Below are positions 33,574 to 43,877 of a DNA stretch of 64,000 nt, one piece after another. The number at the start of each line of letters is the position of its first letter. The first letter of the stretch is position 1. The translations under genes and the position numbers were made by a program. Under the pieces are notes generated by a model, which worked only from the letters and a program-made list of their open reading frames with translations, ran no database searches and was not told the origin of the DNA. The stretch covers positions 1,568,001 to 1,632,000 of the forward strand of contig CAXXLL010000003.1 of NCBI GenBank assembly GCA_963662545.2, read 5' to 3'. The DNA comes from Gammaproteobacteria bacterium (lineage in GTDB: Bacteria; Pseudomonadota; Gammaproteobacteria; Ga0077536).

Positions 33574-34889
33574 CAAACCTGGGGGCGTCTTCGGCGGCGG
33601 TGCTTTTTTTTACGTTCAGACTGATTCTTGACCTTATCGAGCAATACCTCGCGTTCCGTATCGTCGGCATCCTGATACTCAGTCCACCATTCATAGAGTT
33701 CCTGAACAGGCTCTCCGGACTCTGCTCGCAACTCGAGAAAATCGTATGCGGCCCTGAAGCGGGGATGTTCGATCAATTTGGCTACCCGCTTGCGCGTGCG
33801 CTTGGGCAGCCGCAGCTGCAGCGCCCAGATTTCACGAGTGACCTGAGTAAATCGCCGGGGAACCGCGAGGCGGGCTACTTGTTCCGACAATAACTTATCC
33901 GCCGCAATCGACAACGCGTCCGTCGCATCCACGCCCCCTGCTTCCAACTTTTGGCGTTCATTGTCGACGGTGTCCCAAAGCAATGCGGCGATAAGAAAGG
34001 CTGGCGTTACGGATTTTGACTCAGCGATGCGGGTGTCGGTATTCGCTAGTGCGTGGCCAACCAGCGTGCCAGGAAAGCCGCCATGTTGATGTTCGAGCTC
34101 CGCGTCGGTCAAGGGGAATAATTTCGAAAACAGATCGTAATGCCTCAACGCTTCGAAGGTCTGCAGAGCCGCACCGCCATGAAACAGTTTCAAGGTTTCA
34201 TCGAAAAGTCGCGCCGGTGAAATTTCGATCAGTAAGTCGCCAAGCTCACTAAGCGGTTCCGCCGTGCGATCGTCCAGCTTGAAGCCTAGTTTTACGGCGA
34301 AACGAACCGCCCGCAGCATGCGAACCGGATCCTCACGATATCGCTGATAGGGGTCGCCGATTACTTTCAGTATGCCCCTTTTGAGGTCCTCGACACCGCC
34401 GACGTAATCGATCACGCTGAAATCACGAATGTCATAATAAAGTGCATTCACCGTGAAATCGCGCCGCCACACATCGTCATCGACCTCACCGTAGACGTTG
34501 TCCCGTAGAATACGGCCTTCCTCGCTGACCTCGGCGGAATCGTCATCAGCACGATGGGCCGCGCGGAAGGTGGCCACTTCGATGACTTCGCGCCCGAAGC
34601 GGATGTGCGCCAGGCGAAATCGCCGTCCGATCAACCTGCAATTGCGAAACAGCTCGCGTACCTGCTCCGGTATCGCATCAGTAGCGATGTCGAAATCCTT
34701 GGGTTCCCGACCGAGCAGTAGATCCCGTACACCTCCGCCGACAAGGCAAGCCTTGAAACCGGCGTTGTTGAGCCGGTAGAGCACTTTCAGCGCGCTCGGC
34801 GAAATGTATTTCCGCGATATCGAGTGTTCGTCCCGCGAATAAATTCGCGGCGGGCGGGGAATGCTTGCTACTTTTCGTTCGGCGCGCAT
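33573..34889 (-). CDS. pcnB: Poly(A) polymerase I
   Basis: LVGGGVRDLLLGREPKDFD, LIGRRFRLAH, RRDFTVNALYY, EDPVRMLRA, basic C-terminal tail. Confidence 0.97.
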   Translation of the reverse strand: MRAERKVASIPRPPRIYSRDEHSISRKYISPSALKVLYRLNNAGFKACLVGGGVRDLLLGREPKDFDIATDAIPEQVRELFRNCRLIGRRFRLAHIRFGREVIEVATFRAAHRADDDSAEVSEEGRILRDNVYGEVDDDVWRRDFTVNALYYDIRDFSVIDYVGGVEDLKRGILKVIGDPYQRYREDPVRMLRAVRFAVKLGFKLDDRTAEPLSELGDLLIEISPARLFDETLKLFHGGAALQTFEALRHYDLFSKLFPLTDAELEHQHGGFPGTLVGHALANTDTRIAESKSVTPAFLIAALLWDTVDNERQKLEAGGVDATDALSIAADKLLSEQVARLAVPRRFTQVTREIWALQLRLPKRTRKRVAKLIEHPRFRAAYDFLELRAESGEPVQELYEWWTEYQDADDTEREVLLDKVKNQSERKKKHRRRRRPQV

Positions 34890-34969
34890 GAACGCATGAG
34901 AGGAAGGATAAGGGTGGTGAAAAATCCGGGCAGGTCGGGCCTTATGATAGCATCCGATGCCGACGCGCC

Positions 34970-35045
34970 GCTCCCTTCGTCTAGTGGCCCAGGACGTCGG
35001 CCTCTCACGCCGAAAACAGGGGTTCGAGTCCCCTAGGGAGCGCCA
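34970..35045 (+). tRNA. tRNA-Glu (anticodon CTC), CCA encoded
   Basis: 76-nt cloverleaf GCTCCCT...AGGGAGC-GCCA; anticodon arm TCGGC-CTCTCAC-GCCGA; T arm AGGGG-TTCGAGT-CCCCT. Confidence 0.95.
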
Positions 35046-36151
35046 TCTTCACCGGACCTGCAGTCCTCCCCCCAAGTGCCCTCACAAACATGCGAATCGG
35101 CGATCACGACCGCGGGGGCCGGATACAAAGTCAAATCGTCTTTCAGCCATGCAGCATTATCTAATTTAAAACGATTGCGCAGCTTTGACTCGAACGGCGC
35201 CGCCGCTAGTCCTACGCTGTGACCGCTACGATGCCGATCGATCAGCATTGCGATCGCGAAGGCAACGAGATCCGGCTGTTCGATATGAACGTAATGACCG
35301 CTGATCCCCGCCACAAGATGGGCTGACACTGGGCTAGAGGCCGCCAGATCTACCTGGAGTTCGAGCCAGAGCTTCTCGATAAGAAACCGCTTGGCGCTAT
35401 GTTCTCCTTCGATCCTTCCGCGGGTAATTACGATCAGGGGTAAATCGCGCAATGGCTTTGAAGTCCTTATCTGACGCCCACTGTCACGGAAATTTAATAG
35501 TTCGCTCGCCAGCGTGCGGCGCATTTTCCAGTGTCCGGACCGCTGGATCACCCTTCGTTTAAGGTCGTCGGGCAAGCGAACGTGCGGCGGCGGCGGTTCG
35601 CGAAACTGAACAATGCCATAACGGGTACTCGGCGCGGTGGTCATGTTCAGAGGCGGAGCAAGAAAGCGTTCGACCTGATCCGGATGCGATGCGTCGATTA
35701 ACACGAGGCCGGCACTTAGATAGGGATATCTGCGCGCGAACAACTGCATGTTGTATCCGCCGAATGAATGTCCGACGAGGATGAACGGAGGCGACACCGA
35801 AGCTTCGTTCAAAAGGAGAAACAGTTCGTTTGCGATCCGTGAACTGGTGCGCGGCATGGGTCCCATATCACTCTTGCCGTAGCCCGCACGATCGTAGGTG
35901 CAGACTTTAGTAATTTCACGTAATCGCTGGCTCACGAAAATCCATTCGAGAGACGAACCACCGAGGCCGGAGTCCATAATCACCGTCGGCGTGTCGTATC
36001 CTTCGCAAGAAATCTGCAGACGATAATTGTCAATGAAGATATGATCGACGTCGGCCGTGCTTGCAGAGGTAGCAATCAGTGCCAGCGCCGCAGTGACAAG
36101 TGAGCGCTCCGGGCTTTTGGCAAGGCGCATATTCGAGCTCTCTAATGCCAT
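35033..36151 (-). CDS. Alpha/beta hydrolase, probably exported
   Basis: YDRAGYG, nucleophile elbow GHSFGG, GHYVH; hydrophobic leader; start uncertain (36151 or 36130). Confidence 0.85.
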   Translation of the reverse strand: MALESSNMRLAKSPERSLVTAALALIATSASTADVDHIFIDNYRLQISCEGYDTPTVIMDSGLGGSSLEWIFVSQRLREITKVCTYDRAGYGKSDMGPMPRTSSRIANELFLLLNEASVSPPFILVGHSFGGYNMQLFARRYPYLSAGLVLIDASHPDQVERFLAPPLNMTTAPSTRYGIVQFREPPPPHVRLPDDLKRRVIQRSGHWKMRRTLASELLNFRDSGRQIRTSKPLRDLPLIVITRGRIEGEHSAKRFLIEKLWLELQVDLAASSPVSAHLVAGISGHYVHIEQPDLVAFAIAMLIDRHRSGHSVGLAAAPFESKLRNRFKLDNAAWLKDDLTLYPAPAVVIADSHVCEGTWGEDCRSGEDGAP

Positions 36152-36217
36152 GCGCAAGGTAGATCCATTTCCGCTTATACCACTCTGGGAACATAGCACA
36201 ATAGTGGTCTCGCAATC

Positions 36218-36640
36218 GTGAATTCCGACCATGAATTCGTGTCTTTCCCGCGTCGCCTCGCGGCTTTGCTTTATGACATCGTCGCCGTTTTCACCGTGCT
36301 CTATTTCGCATCTTTCGTGCCGGTATTAGCCGCCGGCGGAGACGCCATCACCCCTGGGAATCCATTATTCGTTATTTACCTCCTGGTGATTGCGTTCGGC
36401 TATTTCGGCCTCTCCTGGACGCGCGGCCGAACGCTCGGCATGCAAGCCTGGAAGCTCGAAATACGCGCGTGCGCAGATACGCGGCGTTTGACCTGGAAGC
36501 AAGCCTTGATTCGCTTCGCGGGCGCCGCACTCTCGATCGCGATTTTTGGTATTGGATATTTCTCTGCATTGACCGATGCTGAAAATCGTACCTGGCATGA
36601 CCGATTATCGAAATCTCGCCTGGTCCGGAAGGATCCGTGA
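36218..36640 (+). CDS. RDD family membrane protein
   Basis: RRLAALLYD, GRTLGMQAW, ALIRF, WHDRLS; usual neighbour of lptG. Confidence 0.9.
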   Translation: MNSDHEFVSFPRRLAALLYDIVAVFTVLYFASFVPVLAAGGDAITPGNPLFVIYLLVIAFGYFGLSWTRGRTLGMQAWKLEIRACADTRRLTWKQALIRFAGAALSIAIFGIGYFSALTDAENRTWHDRLSKSRLVRKDP

Positions 36641-36660
36641 AACACGCAGCTAGTCCCCCT

Positions 36661-36871
36661 ACATAGGTCGGATCTTAGGGATTGAACTGACACGCAGACG
36701 CACGACGGAGCGACAAAAAAATATAACCACGGAGAACACTAAGAACACGGAGTAAAGTAATAAATGACCGTCTACATACCTTATTTTACTGTTTAGCTTC
36801 GTGTTCTTTGTGTTCTTCGTGGTTCATTGCGATTGCATTGCGGAACTGTGAGCTTAAGAACTAACCCATGA
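36661..36871. repeat. ~212-bp composite palindromic element, copy 2
   Basis: Outer CATAGGTCGGATCTTA...TAAGAACTAACCCATG; inner arms AACCACGGAGAACACTAAGAACACGGAG / CTTCGTGTTCTTTGTGTTCTTCGTGGTT (36725-36824). Confidence 0.85.
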
Positions 36872-36932
36872 GCGCGCCTATTGCACGAAGGCGGGCTAGC
36901 CCATTGGTGAGCAAGTCCAGACCGCGAACGCG

Positions 36933-37997
36933 CTATAGCGTTCGATAATTCAGTACGACGCCGATCGTGAACATCGCCAGGGTCGGGCCCATGGCGCTGA
37001 CGACGGCGGGTGTGTTGAATACGATGCCTAGATGTCCCGATGCCTGATTGAGAACGTGAAAGGTAAGGCCGATCAATGCGCCGACCATGATGCGCCGACC
37101 GATGGAAACCGAACGCGAACCGCCTAATACCAATGGAATGGCCAGGAATACCATGACGGCCGTTGCCAGTGGATATCCCATCTTGACCCAAAGTGCATGC
37201 TCATAACGCTGCGCGCTCTGTCCGCTATCACGAATAAAACCGACATAACGAACGAGGTCAATGAGTGACAGGCTGTCGGGGTTGATCGCCACCATGCCAA
37301 TCAATTCCGGATCGAGAAGTGAGTCCCAGATCGCTTTCTCGATATGGCGTGATTCTGTCGCCACTTCCTTGAACGAGGTTTGCATGATGTTCCGGAGCTC
37401 CCAGCGCCCTCGCTGATAATGTGCGGACTCCGCGTGAGTCGCCGTTCTGAGCCGATTATCGGCATCGTACTCGTAAATATTTATGTCGCGGAATTGGTCA
37501 TTAGGCAGCACTTCTCGGATGTTGATATAGCTGTTCCCATCCCGTGCCCAAAATCCTTTTTCCGACCGCTGCGTTATCCGGCCATCGATGGCTGAGGAAC
37601 GATATTCGCGCGCATAACGTTCCGCTGGCGGGAAGAGCAACTCCCCGATGATCACGGCAAGTACGGCAAAGAACAGCCCGGCTTTCATGACCGACCAGAT
37701 GATTCGAAGTTTGGAAACACCCGCGCAGCGAACCACTGGTATCTCATTGGTCTCCATCATCGAACCGAGTCCAAGCAGTGCGCCGATCAGCGCCGCAATC
37801 GGAAAAAGTTCATAGGCCAATCCGGGGGCGCGTAAGAGAACAACCGTACATACCTGCCCGAGACCATATGAACCACGGCCAATCTCTTCGAGTTCATCGA
37901 TGAACGTGAAGAATAGGAAGATCGCCAGCAGAACAAACATCACCGTAAGCGTCGCCGAGATCACAGCGTGACCTATATAGCGATCTAAGATCTTCAT
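36933..37997 (-). CDS. lptG: LPS export ABC transporter permease LptG
   Basis: MKILDRYIG, FFTFIDEL..IGRGSYG, FPIAALIGALLGLG, GFWARDG; 6 TMs plus periplasmic domain. Confidence 0.9.
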   Translation of the reverse strand: MKILDRYIGHAVISATLTVMFVLLAIFLFFTFIDELEEIGRGSYGLGQVCTVVLLRAPGLAYELFPIAALIGALLGLGSMMETNEIPVVRCAGVSKLRIIWSVMKAGLFFAVLAVIIGELLFPPAERYAREYRSSAIDGRITQRSEKGFWARDGNSYINIREVLPNDQFRDINIYEYDADNRLRTATHAESAHYQRGRWELRNIMQTSFKEVATESRHIEKAIWDSLLDPELIGMVAINPDSLSLIDLVRYVGFIRDSGQSAQRYEHALWVKMGYPLATAVMVFLAIPLVLGGSRSVSIGRRIMVGALIGLTFHVLNQASGHLGIVFNTPAVVSAMGPTLAMFTIGVVLNYRTL

Positions 37998-38156
37998 TTG
38001 CACCATGGGCGTGCACCGTGATGAGTCAATTCATGCGGCTCTTTGCGCCTCAAGACGCAAAAGAATACACTGCGATCCGGTCGGGCGCAGCCTCTACCTA
38101 TTGCGCCGGCCTCCCTTTTCAGTTGTTGAAATGGACTACTCACGGCGAGGAAAGCT

Positions 38157-39644
38157 ATGGAATTTTCCGTGAAGCGCGGCGCGCCCCGTAAACAAAAGAC
38201 TGCATGCATCATCGTCGGTGTCCATACCGGCAAGATCCTGAGCAGGAGTGCGGAAGACCTGGATAAGGCGAGCCGCGGCGCACTGCGACGCATCGTCGAA
38301 CGAGGCGATATCGGCGGCAAGCCCGGTGAAACTATTCTCCTGCCGGACGTATCAGGAATAAGCGGCGACCGGGTTCTCCTCGTCGGTGTCGGTAAACGCG
38401 AAGGCGCGACGGCGGCGGATTTCCGCAAACTCGTCGGCAATGCCGCGAGCGCCTTAAATCGGATGAAAATCCGCAATGCGGTAAGTACGTTGATTGAAGT
38501 CGAAGTGCAGGAGCACGACATCAATTGGAAGCTGGATCAGCATTTAACGGCTTTCGCCGCCTCGTCTTATCGGTTCAATGAACTCAAGTCCAAACGCGAA
38601 CCCGCGCGACTGGGCCGTACGGGTTTTCTCCTCAAAGATGAAGAAGTTTCGGCGGCGCGTGCAGGGATGAAAGTGGCCCGCGCCAAAGCTGCCGGCATCG
38701 AACTCATGAAGGACCTCGCTAATCGTCCGGCCAATTTATGCACGCCTACCTACCTCGCGGAACAGGCAGCGGGACTTTCGGAGCAAGCGGATTCGCTAAA
38801 ACTGACCGTCCTCGACGAAGCGAAAATGGAAGAACTCGGTATGGGCGCACTCCTGTCCGTCTCGATGGGATCCCGACAGCCAGCAAAGCTGATTACTCTT
38901 GAATATAGCGGTACCGGCGACAACTCGGCTCCGATCGTACTCGTTGGCAAAGGGGTGACCTTCGACTCCGGCGGTATTTCAATCAAACCGTCTCCTGCGA
39001 TGGACGAGATGAAGTTCGACATGTCCGGCGCGGCCAGCGTGCTCGGTACTATGGCGGCGGTCGCGATGATCGGTCCGTCCGTCAATGTCGTCGGCGTTAT
39101 ACCCGCGACCGAGAATCTGCCCGACGGAAATGCCAGCAAACCCGGCGATGTCGTAACCAGCATGTCAGGGCAAACGATAGAAGTGTTGAACACCGACGCC
39201 GAGGGACGACTGATCTTGTGTGACGCCTTGACCTATAGCGCACGATTCAATCCCGAGGTCGTCATCGATATTGCAACCCTCACGGGCGCCTGCGTCGTTG
39301 CGCTTGGCGCGCATGCCAGCGGTCTGATGAGCAATGACGAGGAACTCGCCGACGACCTGCTCGCCAGCGGACAACGCACCGGGGATCGTGTCTGGCGCTT
39401 GCCGATTTGGAGTGAGTATCAGAAGCAGATTGACAGTCCTTTCGCCGATATGGCCAACGTCGGTGGACGCGCCGCGGGAACTATTACTGCCGCCTGTTTT
39501 CTATCACGATTCACCGGCGATTACCGTTGGGCTCATATCGACATCGCAGGAACCGCGTGGATTTCGGGCAAGTCAAAAGGTTCGACCGGCCGCCCCGTAC
39601 CACTGCTGCTCGATTACATCCTGACTCGCGCGAACGTCGATTGA
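38157..39644 (+). CDS. pepA: Leucyl aminopeptidase
   Basis: VGKGVTFDSGGISIK, MKFDMSG, NTDAEGRL, HIDIAG. Confidence 0.97.
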   Translation: MEFSVKRGAPRKQKTACIIVGVHTGKILSRSAEDLDKASRGALRRIVERGDIGGKPGETILLPDVSGISGDRVLLVGVGKREGATAADFRKLVGNAASALNRMKIRNAVSTLIEVEVQEHDINWKLDQHLTAFAASSYRFNELKSKREPARLGRTGFLLKDEEVSAARAGMKVARAKAAGIELMKDLANRPANLCTPTYLAEQAAGLSEQADSLKLTVLDEAKMEELGMGALLSVSMGSRQPAKLITLEYSGTGDNSAPIVLVGKGVTFDSGGISIKPSPAMDEMKFDMSGAASVLGTMAAVAMIGPSVNVVGVIPATENLPDGNASKPGDVVTSMSGQTIEVLNTDAEGRLILCDALTYSARFNPEVVIDIATLTGACVVALGAHASGLMSNDEELADDLLASGQRTGDRVWRLPIWSEYQKQIDSPFADMANVGGRAAGTITAACFLSRFTGDYRWAHIDIAGTAWISGKSKGSTGRPVPLLLDYILTRANVD

Positions 39645-39647
39645 GCA

Positions 39648-40076
39648 ATGACGCGAATCGATTTTTACGTCCTCGATTCGCCTACCACTGACCGTCACGA
39701 TCGAATGATCTGCCGGATCGTGGAAAAGGCGTGGCAGCGCGGCCACTCCGTTTACATACAGTGCCAGGACCTGGCCTCCGCCAGGTCATTCGATCAAATG
39801 CTTTGGCAGTTCACGGATACTAGCTTCGTCCCGCATGCCATCGATGGCAGCGACGCGGAAGATTCGCCCGTCGCCATCGGTATTCAATCGGATGCGGTAT
39901 CCAGTCCGGATGTACTCGTAAACTTAGCCATGGATGTTCCCGGTTCAGCTAGCCGCTTTGTCCGTGTCATCGAATCGGCGGGTTACGACGCTACATCGCG
40001 TACCGCGGCCCGCACGCGTTACCGTTATTATCAGGATCGAGGATTTCCGCTGAATACCCACAAACTCAATCTTTGA
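39648..40076 (+). CDS. holC: DNA polymerase III chi subunit
   Basis: MTRIDFY, LWQFTDTSFVPH, AARTRYRYY; pepA-holC-valS synteny. Confidence 0.95.
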   Translation: MTRIDFYVLDSPTTDRHDRMICRIVEKAWQRGHSVYIQCQDLASARSFDQMLWQFTDTSFVPHAIDGSDAEDSPVAIGIQSDAVSSPDVLVNLAMDVPGSASRFVRVIESAGYDATSRTAARTRYRYYQDRGFPLNTHKLNL

Positions 40077-40081
40077 GATAT

Positions 40082-40347
40082 ATGAACCTAGCTCAGAATT
40101 ATCCGCATGTGAGCCGGGAGCAATTTTCGCGCAGTTCAAGGCGCGAGGAGCGTGGTTTAGCACCGCTAAATGAGCGACGAGTAACGCCGAAATGCACGAA
40201 AGTCGCCTTAGGCCCCGGGTTGCGCCCTGAAAGCGCGCTGGTTTCGTTGCAGCGCTTGTACATAGCGGAACTCAGCCCTGCGCACTGCGCCTCGCCATCG
40301 CGCGCCCACGCACAACGCACAAGCGGATAATTCTGAGCTAGGTTCAT
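40082..40347. mobile_element. 266-bp MITE-like element with perfect 25-bp terminal IR
   Basis: ATGAACCTAGCTCAGAATTATCCGC (40082-40106) / GCGGATAATTCTGAGCTAGGTTCAT (40323-40347). Confidence 0.85.
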
Positions 40348-40763
40348 TGGCAGATTCAGGTTCGGATCCGGCAAAAGAAGCTTCCGCTCCGGGCGGAGAA
40401 GGCGGGCCGAAACCTCCCCGCTTGACGCAAAAGATCGACCGCGGTACGCCACCACGGCTTAGTGCGCGCATCGACGACTCCATTTCGGAGCCGGATCCCG
40501 CGCCCGCACCGGAAGAGGTGCACGCTGCGGAATCGATGGCCCGGTCCATGCCGCCGAATGGTCGAGCAGAGACCGCCGACCTGTCGGAGACCTTGAAGCA
40601 ACTCGTCGTGGAAAGCATGTCGAGCGCGATTGCGGAACTAAAGGAGGAGCTCACGCGCGAAATTTCACGCACGCTCGACAACGCGTACAAGCCCGGAGTC
40701 GAGGCCGCAAAAGAACGCGAAGATCATCACCCCATTCCCGCCGGTTCAAAGAAGCGATTAGTG
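40347..40763 (+). other. 139-codon Pro/Ala/Glu-rich open frame contiguous and in frame with valS
   Basis: No stop between TTG 40347 and valS ATG 40764; coding-like composition with a helical [20 protein letters not shown] segment. Confidence 0.5.
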
Positions 40764-43517
40764 ATGGAAAAAACCTTCGACCCCCATGACATAGAAATTC
40801 AACGCTACGAGCAGTGGGAGAGATCCGAGGTGTTTCGACCGTCTGGTTCGGGCCCGCCCTACTGCATCATGCTGCCGCCGCCCAATGTGACCGGCAGTCT
40901 GCACATGGGGCACGCTTTCCAGGATACCTTGATGGATACACTCATCCGCTATCACCGCATGTGCGGGGACAATACCCTGTGGCAGTGCGGCACTGATCAC
41001 GCGGGTATCGCGACCCAGATCGTGGTGGAACGGCAGCTTGCGGCGGAAGGCCTGTCCAGGCACGAACTCGGGCGCGAGCGATTCATAGAGGCCGTATGGA
41101 ACTGGAAAAAGGAATCGGGCGGCACCATAACCAGACAGCTGCGGCGGATGGGCGCGTCAATGGACTGGAGCCGGGAGCGGTTCACTCTCGATTCGGATCT
41201 GTCCCGCGCGGTGCGCGAAGTATTCGTCACTCTATATGACGAAGGCCTGATTTACCGAGGCAAACGGCTTGTCAACTGGGATCCGGTACTGCGCACGGCA
41301 ATATCGGATTTAGAAGTCGTTTCTGAGGAAGAGACCGGCAAGCTCTGGCACATGCGCTATCCCTTAGCCGACGGCACTGGGCACGTGGTCGTCGCCACGA
41401 CCCGACCCGAAACCATGCTTGGCGATGCCGCCGTCGCGGTCCATCCGGAAGACGACCGCTATCGGCGCTTCATCGGGAAAACGGTCGAACTCCCGCTTAC
41501 CGAACGTCTCATCCCGATCATCTCCGATGAATACGTCGACCCCGCTTTCGGTTCTGGCTGCGTGAAAATTACCCCGGCCCACGATTTCAACGATTATGAG
41601 GTCGGTCAGAGACACGGCTTGCCCCTGATCAACGTGTTTAGCGACGACGCGACGATGAATGAGAACGCGCCGGAACGCTTCCGCGGCCTTGATCGATACG
41701 AAGCGCGAAAACGGATCGTCGCTGAGATGCAAGAACGAGGCCTCATGGCGCGCATCGACGAGCATAAGTTGATGGTGCCACGGGGAGACCGCTCGCATAC
41801 CGTCGTCGAGCCTTATCTCACCGACCAATGGTTCGTCAAGATCCAGCCGCTGGCGGACCCGGCGATCGCTGCGGTCGAAGACGGGCGGATCCGATTCAAA
41901 CCGGACAACTGGTCGAAAACCTATTTCGAATGGATGCGAAACATCGAGGATTGGTGCATCAGCCGCCAGCTCTGGTGGGGCCATCGCATACCGGCATGGT
42001 ACGACGACGCGGGAAACATCTATGTAGGGCGCGACGAAACCGAAGCCCGGGTGAAAAGCGGCATCGCTTCCTCCGTGGTCCTGCGCCAGGACCCCGATGT
42101 TCTCGATACCTGGTTTTCGTCCTCGCTATGGCCTTTCTCAACGCTAGGCTGGCCCGAAAAAACGCCGGAACTAGAGACGTTTTACCCCACCAGCGTACTG
42201 GTGACCGGTTTCGACATTATTTTCTTCTGGGTCGCACGCATGATCATGATGGGCCTGAAGTTCATGGGCGATGTTCCGTTTCGCGAAGTCTACATTCATG
42301 GACTGGTGCGCGACGCAGATGGCAATAAGATGTCGAAGTCCAAAGGCAATGCCCTCGACCCGATCGATTTGATCGACGGCGTGAGCTTGGAATCGCTGGT
42401 GAAGAAGCGTACAGCGGATTTGATGCGTCCGGAGGACGCTCCGAAAATCGAAGCCGCGACCCGCCGGCAGTTTGAGGACGGCATTGCGTCCCATGGTGCG
42501 GACGCGCTGCGCTTCACCTTTGCCGTGATGGCTACTCAGGGCCGCGACATCCGATTTGATCTAGGCCGTATCGGAGGCTACCGCAATTTTTGTAACAAAA
42601 TCTGGAATGCGTCGCGCTTCGCATTGACCGTATGTGAACAACATCGCGGAGATACCCCGGTGAGCGACATCGTTCTGGGAATGCCGGAACGATGGATCAG
42701 AAGCCGATTTGGCGACGCGATTGAACGGGTTAGCACTGCCTTCGATAGCTATCGTTTCGACCTTGGAGCACAGGCACTTTACGAATTCATGTGGGACGAG
42801 TACTGCGATTGGTACATCGAGATGGCCAAAGTAAACCTCTATGATGATGATTCGCCCCAGGCGGTAAAGGACGGTGTCTGCATGGTGCTGATCGACATTC
42901 TCGATGGCCTGCTCAGGGCGCTCCATCCTATGATGCCTTTCATCACCGAAGAGATCTGGCTTCGCTTGATGCAACTCGAGGGCGGTACGGCGGCAACCAT
43001 CATGACACAGGATTTTCCACGGGCGTCGGACTATGAACGCAGTAGTTCCGACGAAACCTCATTTGCGTGGCTGCAAGAATTTGTGCTGGGCGTGCGGCGA
43101 ATTCGGGCGGAATACGACATCGAGCCGGCGAAGCGCCTTCCAACGTACGTCAAAGGCGGCTTAGCAAATGAACGCGAATGGTTTGTCGAGTATCAACCGA
43201 TCATTGCGCAACTCGCACGTGCGGACCTCTCTGCGGGCGAACCGGAGAAACTGGGCAATGTTGCCACGGCCCTGGCCGGCGAGATGACCATACTCATCCC
43301 TTTTACCGATTTGATCGACCGCGACGCCGAATTGGCGCGCCTGCAAAGGGAACTCGAACGCCTCGTAGCCGAGATCGAACGCGCGAACAAGAAACTCTCC
43401 AATGAGAAATTCATCGAGCGCGCACCTGAAAACATCGTTGAAAAAGAGCGGACTCGGCTGCAAGAAGCAAGCAATGATGCCGACAAACTTCGATCGCAGA
43501 TAGCGCAGTTACAGTGA
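40764..43517 (+). CDS. valS: Valine--tRNA ligase
   Basis: MEKTFDP start, [30 protein letters not shown]-terminal coiled coil. Confidence 0.97.
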   Translation: MEKTFDPHDIEIQRYEQWERSEVFRPSGSGPPYCIMLPPPNVTGSLHMGHAFQDTLMDTLIRYHRMCGDNTLWQCGTDHAGIATQIVVERQLAAEGLSRHELGRERFIEAVWNWKKESGGTITRQLRRMGASMDWSRERFTLDSDLSRAVREVFVTLYDEGLIYRGKRLVNWDPVLRTAISDLEVVSEEETGKLWHMRYPLADGTGHVVVATTRPETMLGDAAVAVHPEDDRYRRFIGKTVELPLTERLIPIISDEYVDPAFGSGCVKITPAHDFNDYEVGQRHGLPLINVFSDDATMNENAPERFRGLDRYEARKRIVAEMQERGLMARIDEHKLMVPRGDRSHTVVEPYLTDQWFVKIQPLADPAIAAVEDGRIRFKPDNWSKTYFEWMRNIEDWCISRQLWWGHRIPAWYDDAGNIYVGRDETEARVKSGIASSVVLRQDPDVLDTWFSSSLWPFSTLGWPEKTPELETFYPTSVLVTGFDIIFFWVARMIMMGLKFMGDVPFREVYIHGLVRDADGNKMSKSKGNALDPIDLIDGVSLESLVKKRTADLMRPEDAPKIEAATRRQFEDGIASHGADALRFTFAVMATQGRDIRFDLGRIGGYRNFCNKIWNASRFALTVCEQHRGDTPVSDIVLGMPERWIRSRFGDAIERVSTAFDSYRFDLGAQALYEFMWDEYCDWYIEMAKVNLYDDDSPQAVKDGVCMVLIDILDGLLRALHPMMPFITEEIWLRLMQLEGGTAATIMTQDFPRASDYERSSSDETSFAWLQEFVLGVRRIRAEYDIEPAKRLPTYVKGGLANEREWFVEYQPIIAQLARADLSAGEPEKLGNVATALAGEMTILIPFTDLIDRDAELARLQRELERLVAEIERANKKLSNEKFIERAPENIVEKERTRLQEASNDADKLRSQIAQLQ

Positions 43518-43537
43518 ATGTCCGCTAGCTTGAAAAC

Positions 43538-43753
43538 TCAACTGGCGGCGTAGGCAAGTATGATTTTAACGAGTGTGAAAATCACCCCTACGACGATGAA
43601 CTGCGTCGCCAACCCACACGCGAAGTCACGCTCCCGGTTACGCGGGCTCTGTACGCCGAAGCCAGCGGCCATGACACTTCCAATCACCTCACTCAGGGTC
43701 ATGCGTTCATCGTCGTGAACCTCGTCCGACTGGTCGGGGGAATCGTTATTCAT
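43538..43753 (-). CDS. DUF2970-like small membrane protein
   Basis: SVMAAGFGVQSPRNRERDF motif followed by hydrophobic helix. Confidence 0.75.
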   Translation of the reverse strand: MNNDSPDQSDEVHDDERMTLSEVIGSVMAAGFGVQSPRNRERDFACGLATQFIVVGVIFTLVKIILAYAAS

Positions 43754-43877
43754 ATTCGCGCCGTTTAAACTTTTGATCGAGTCGGATTATGATCCATCCG
43801 AATGACCGCTCGCTATGAAACTTAACTGTACTTCCGAGATCTATTAACTAATAGAAGCCCGCACCTGGAGCTGGACC

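Noticed and set aside
34970-36700. Genomic island integrated at tRNA-Glu
   Set aside because: No integrase and no duplicated tRNA 3' end seen downstream.
40073-40455. Small ORFs within the 266-bp element (both read MNLAQNYP)
   Set aside because: Artefact of the terminal inverted repeat; no transposase motif.
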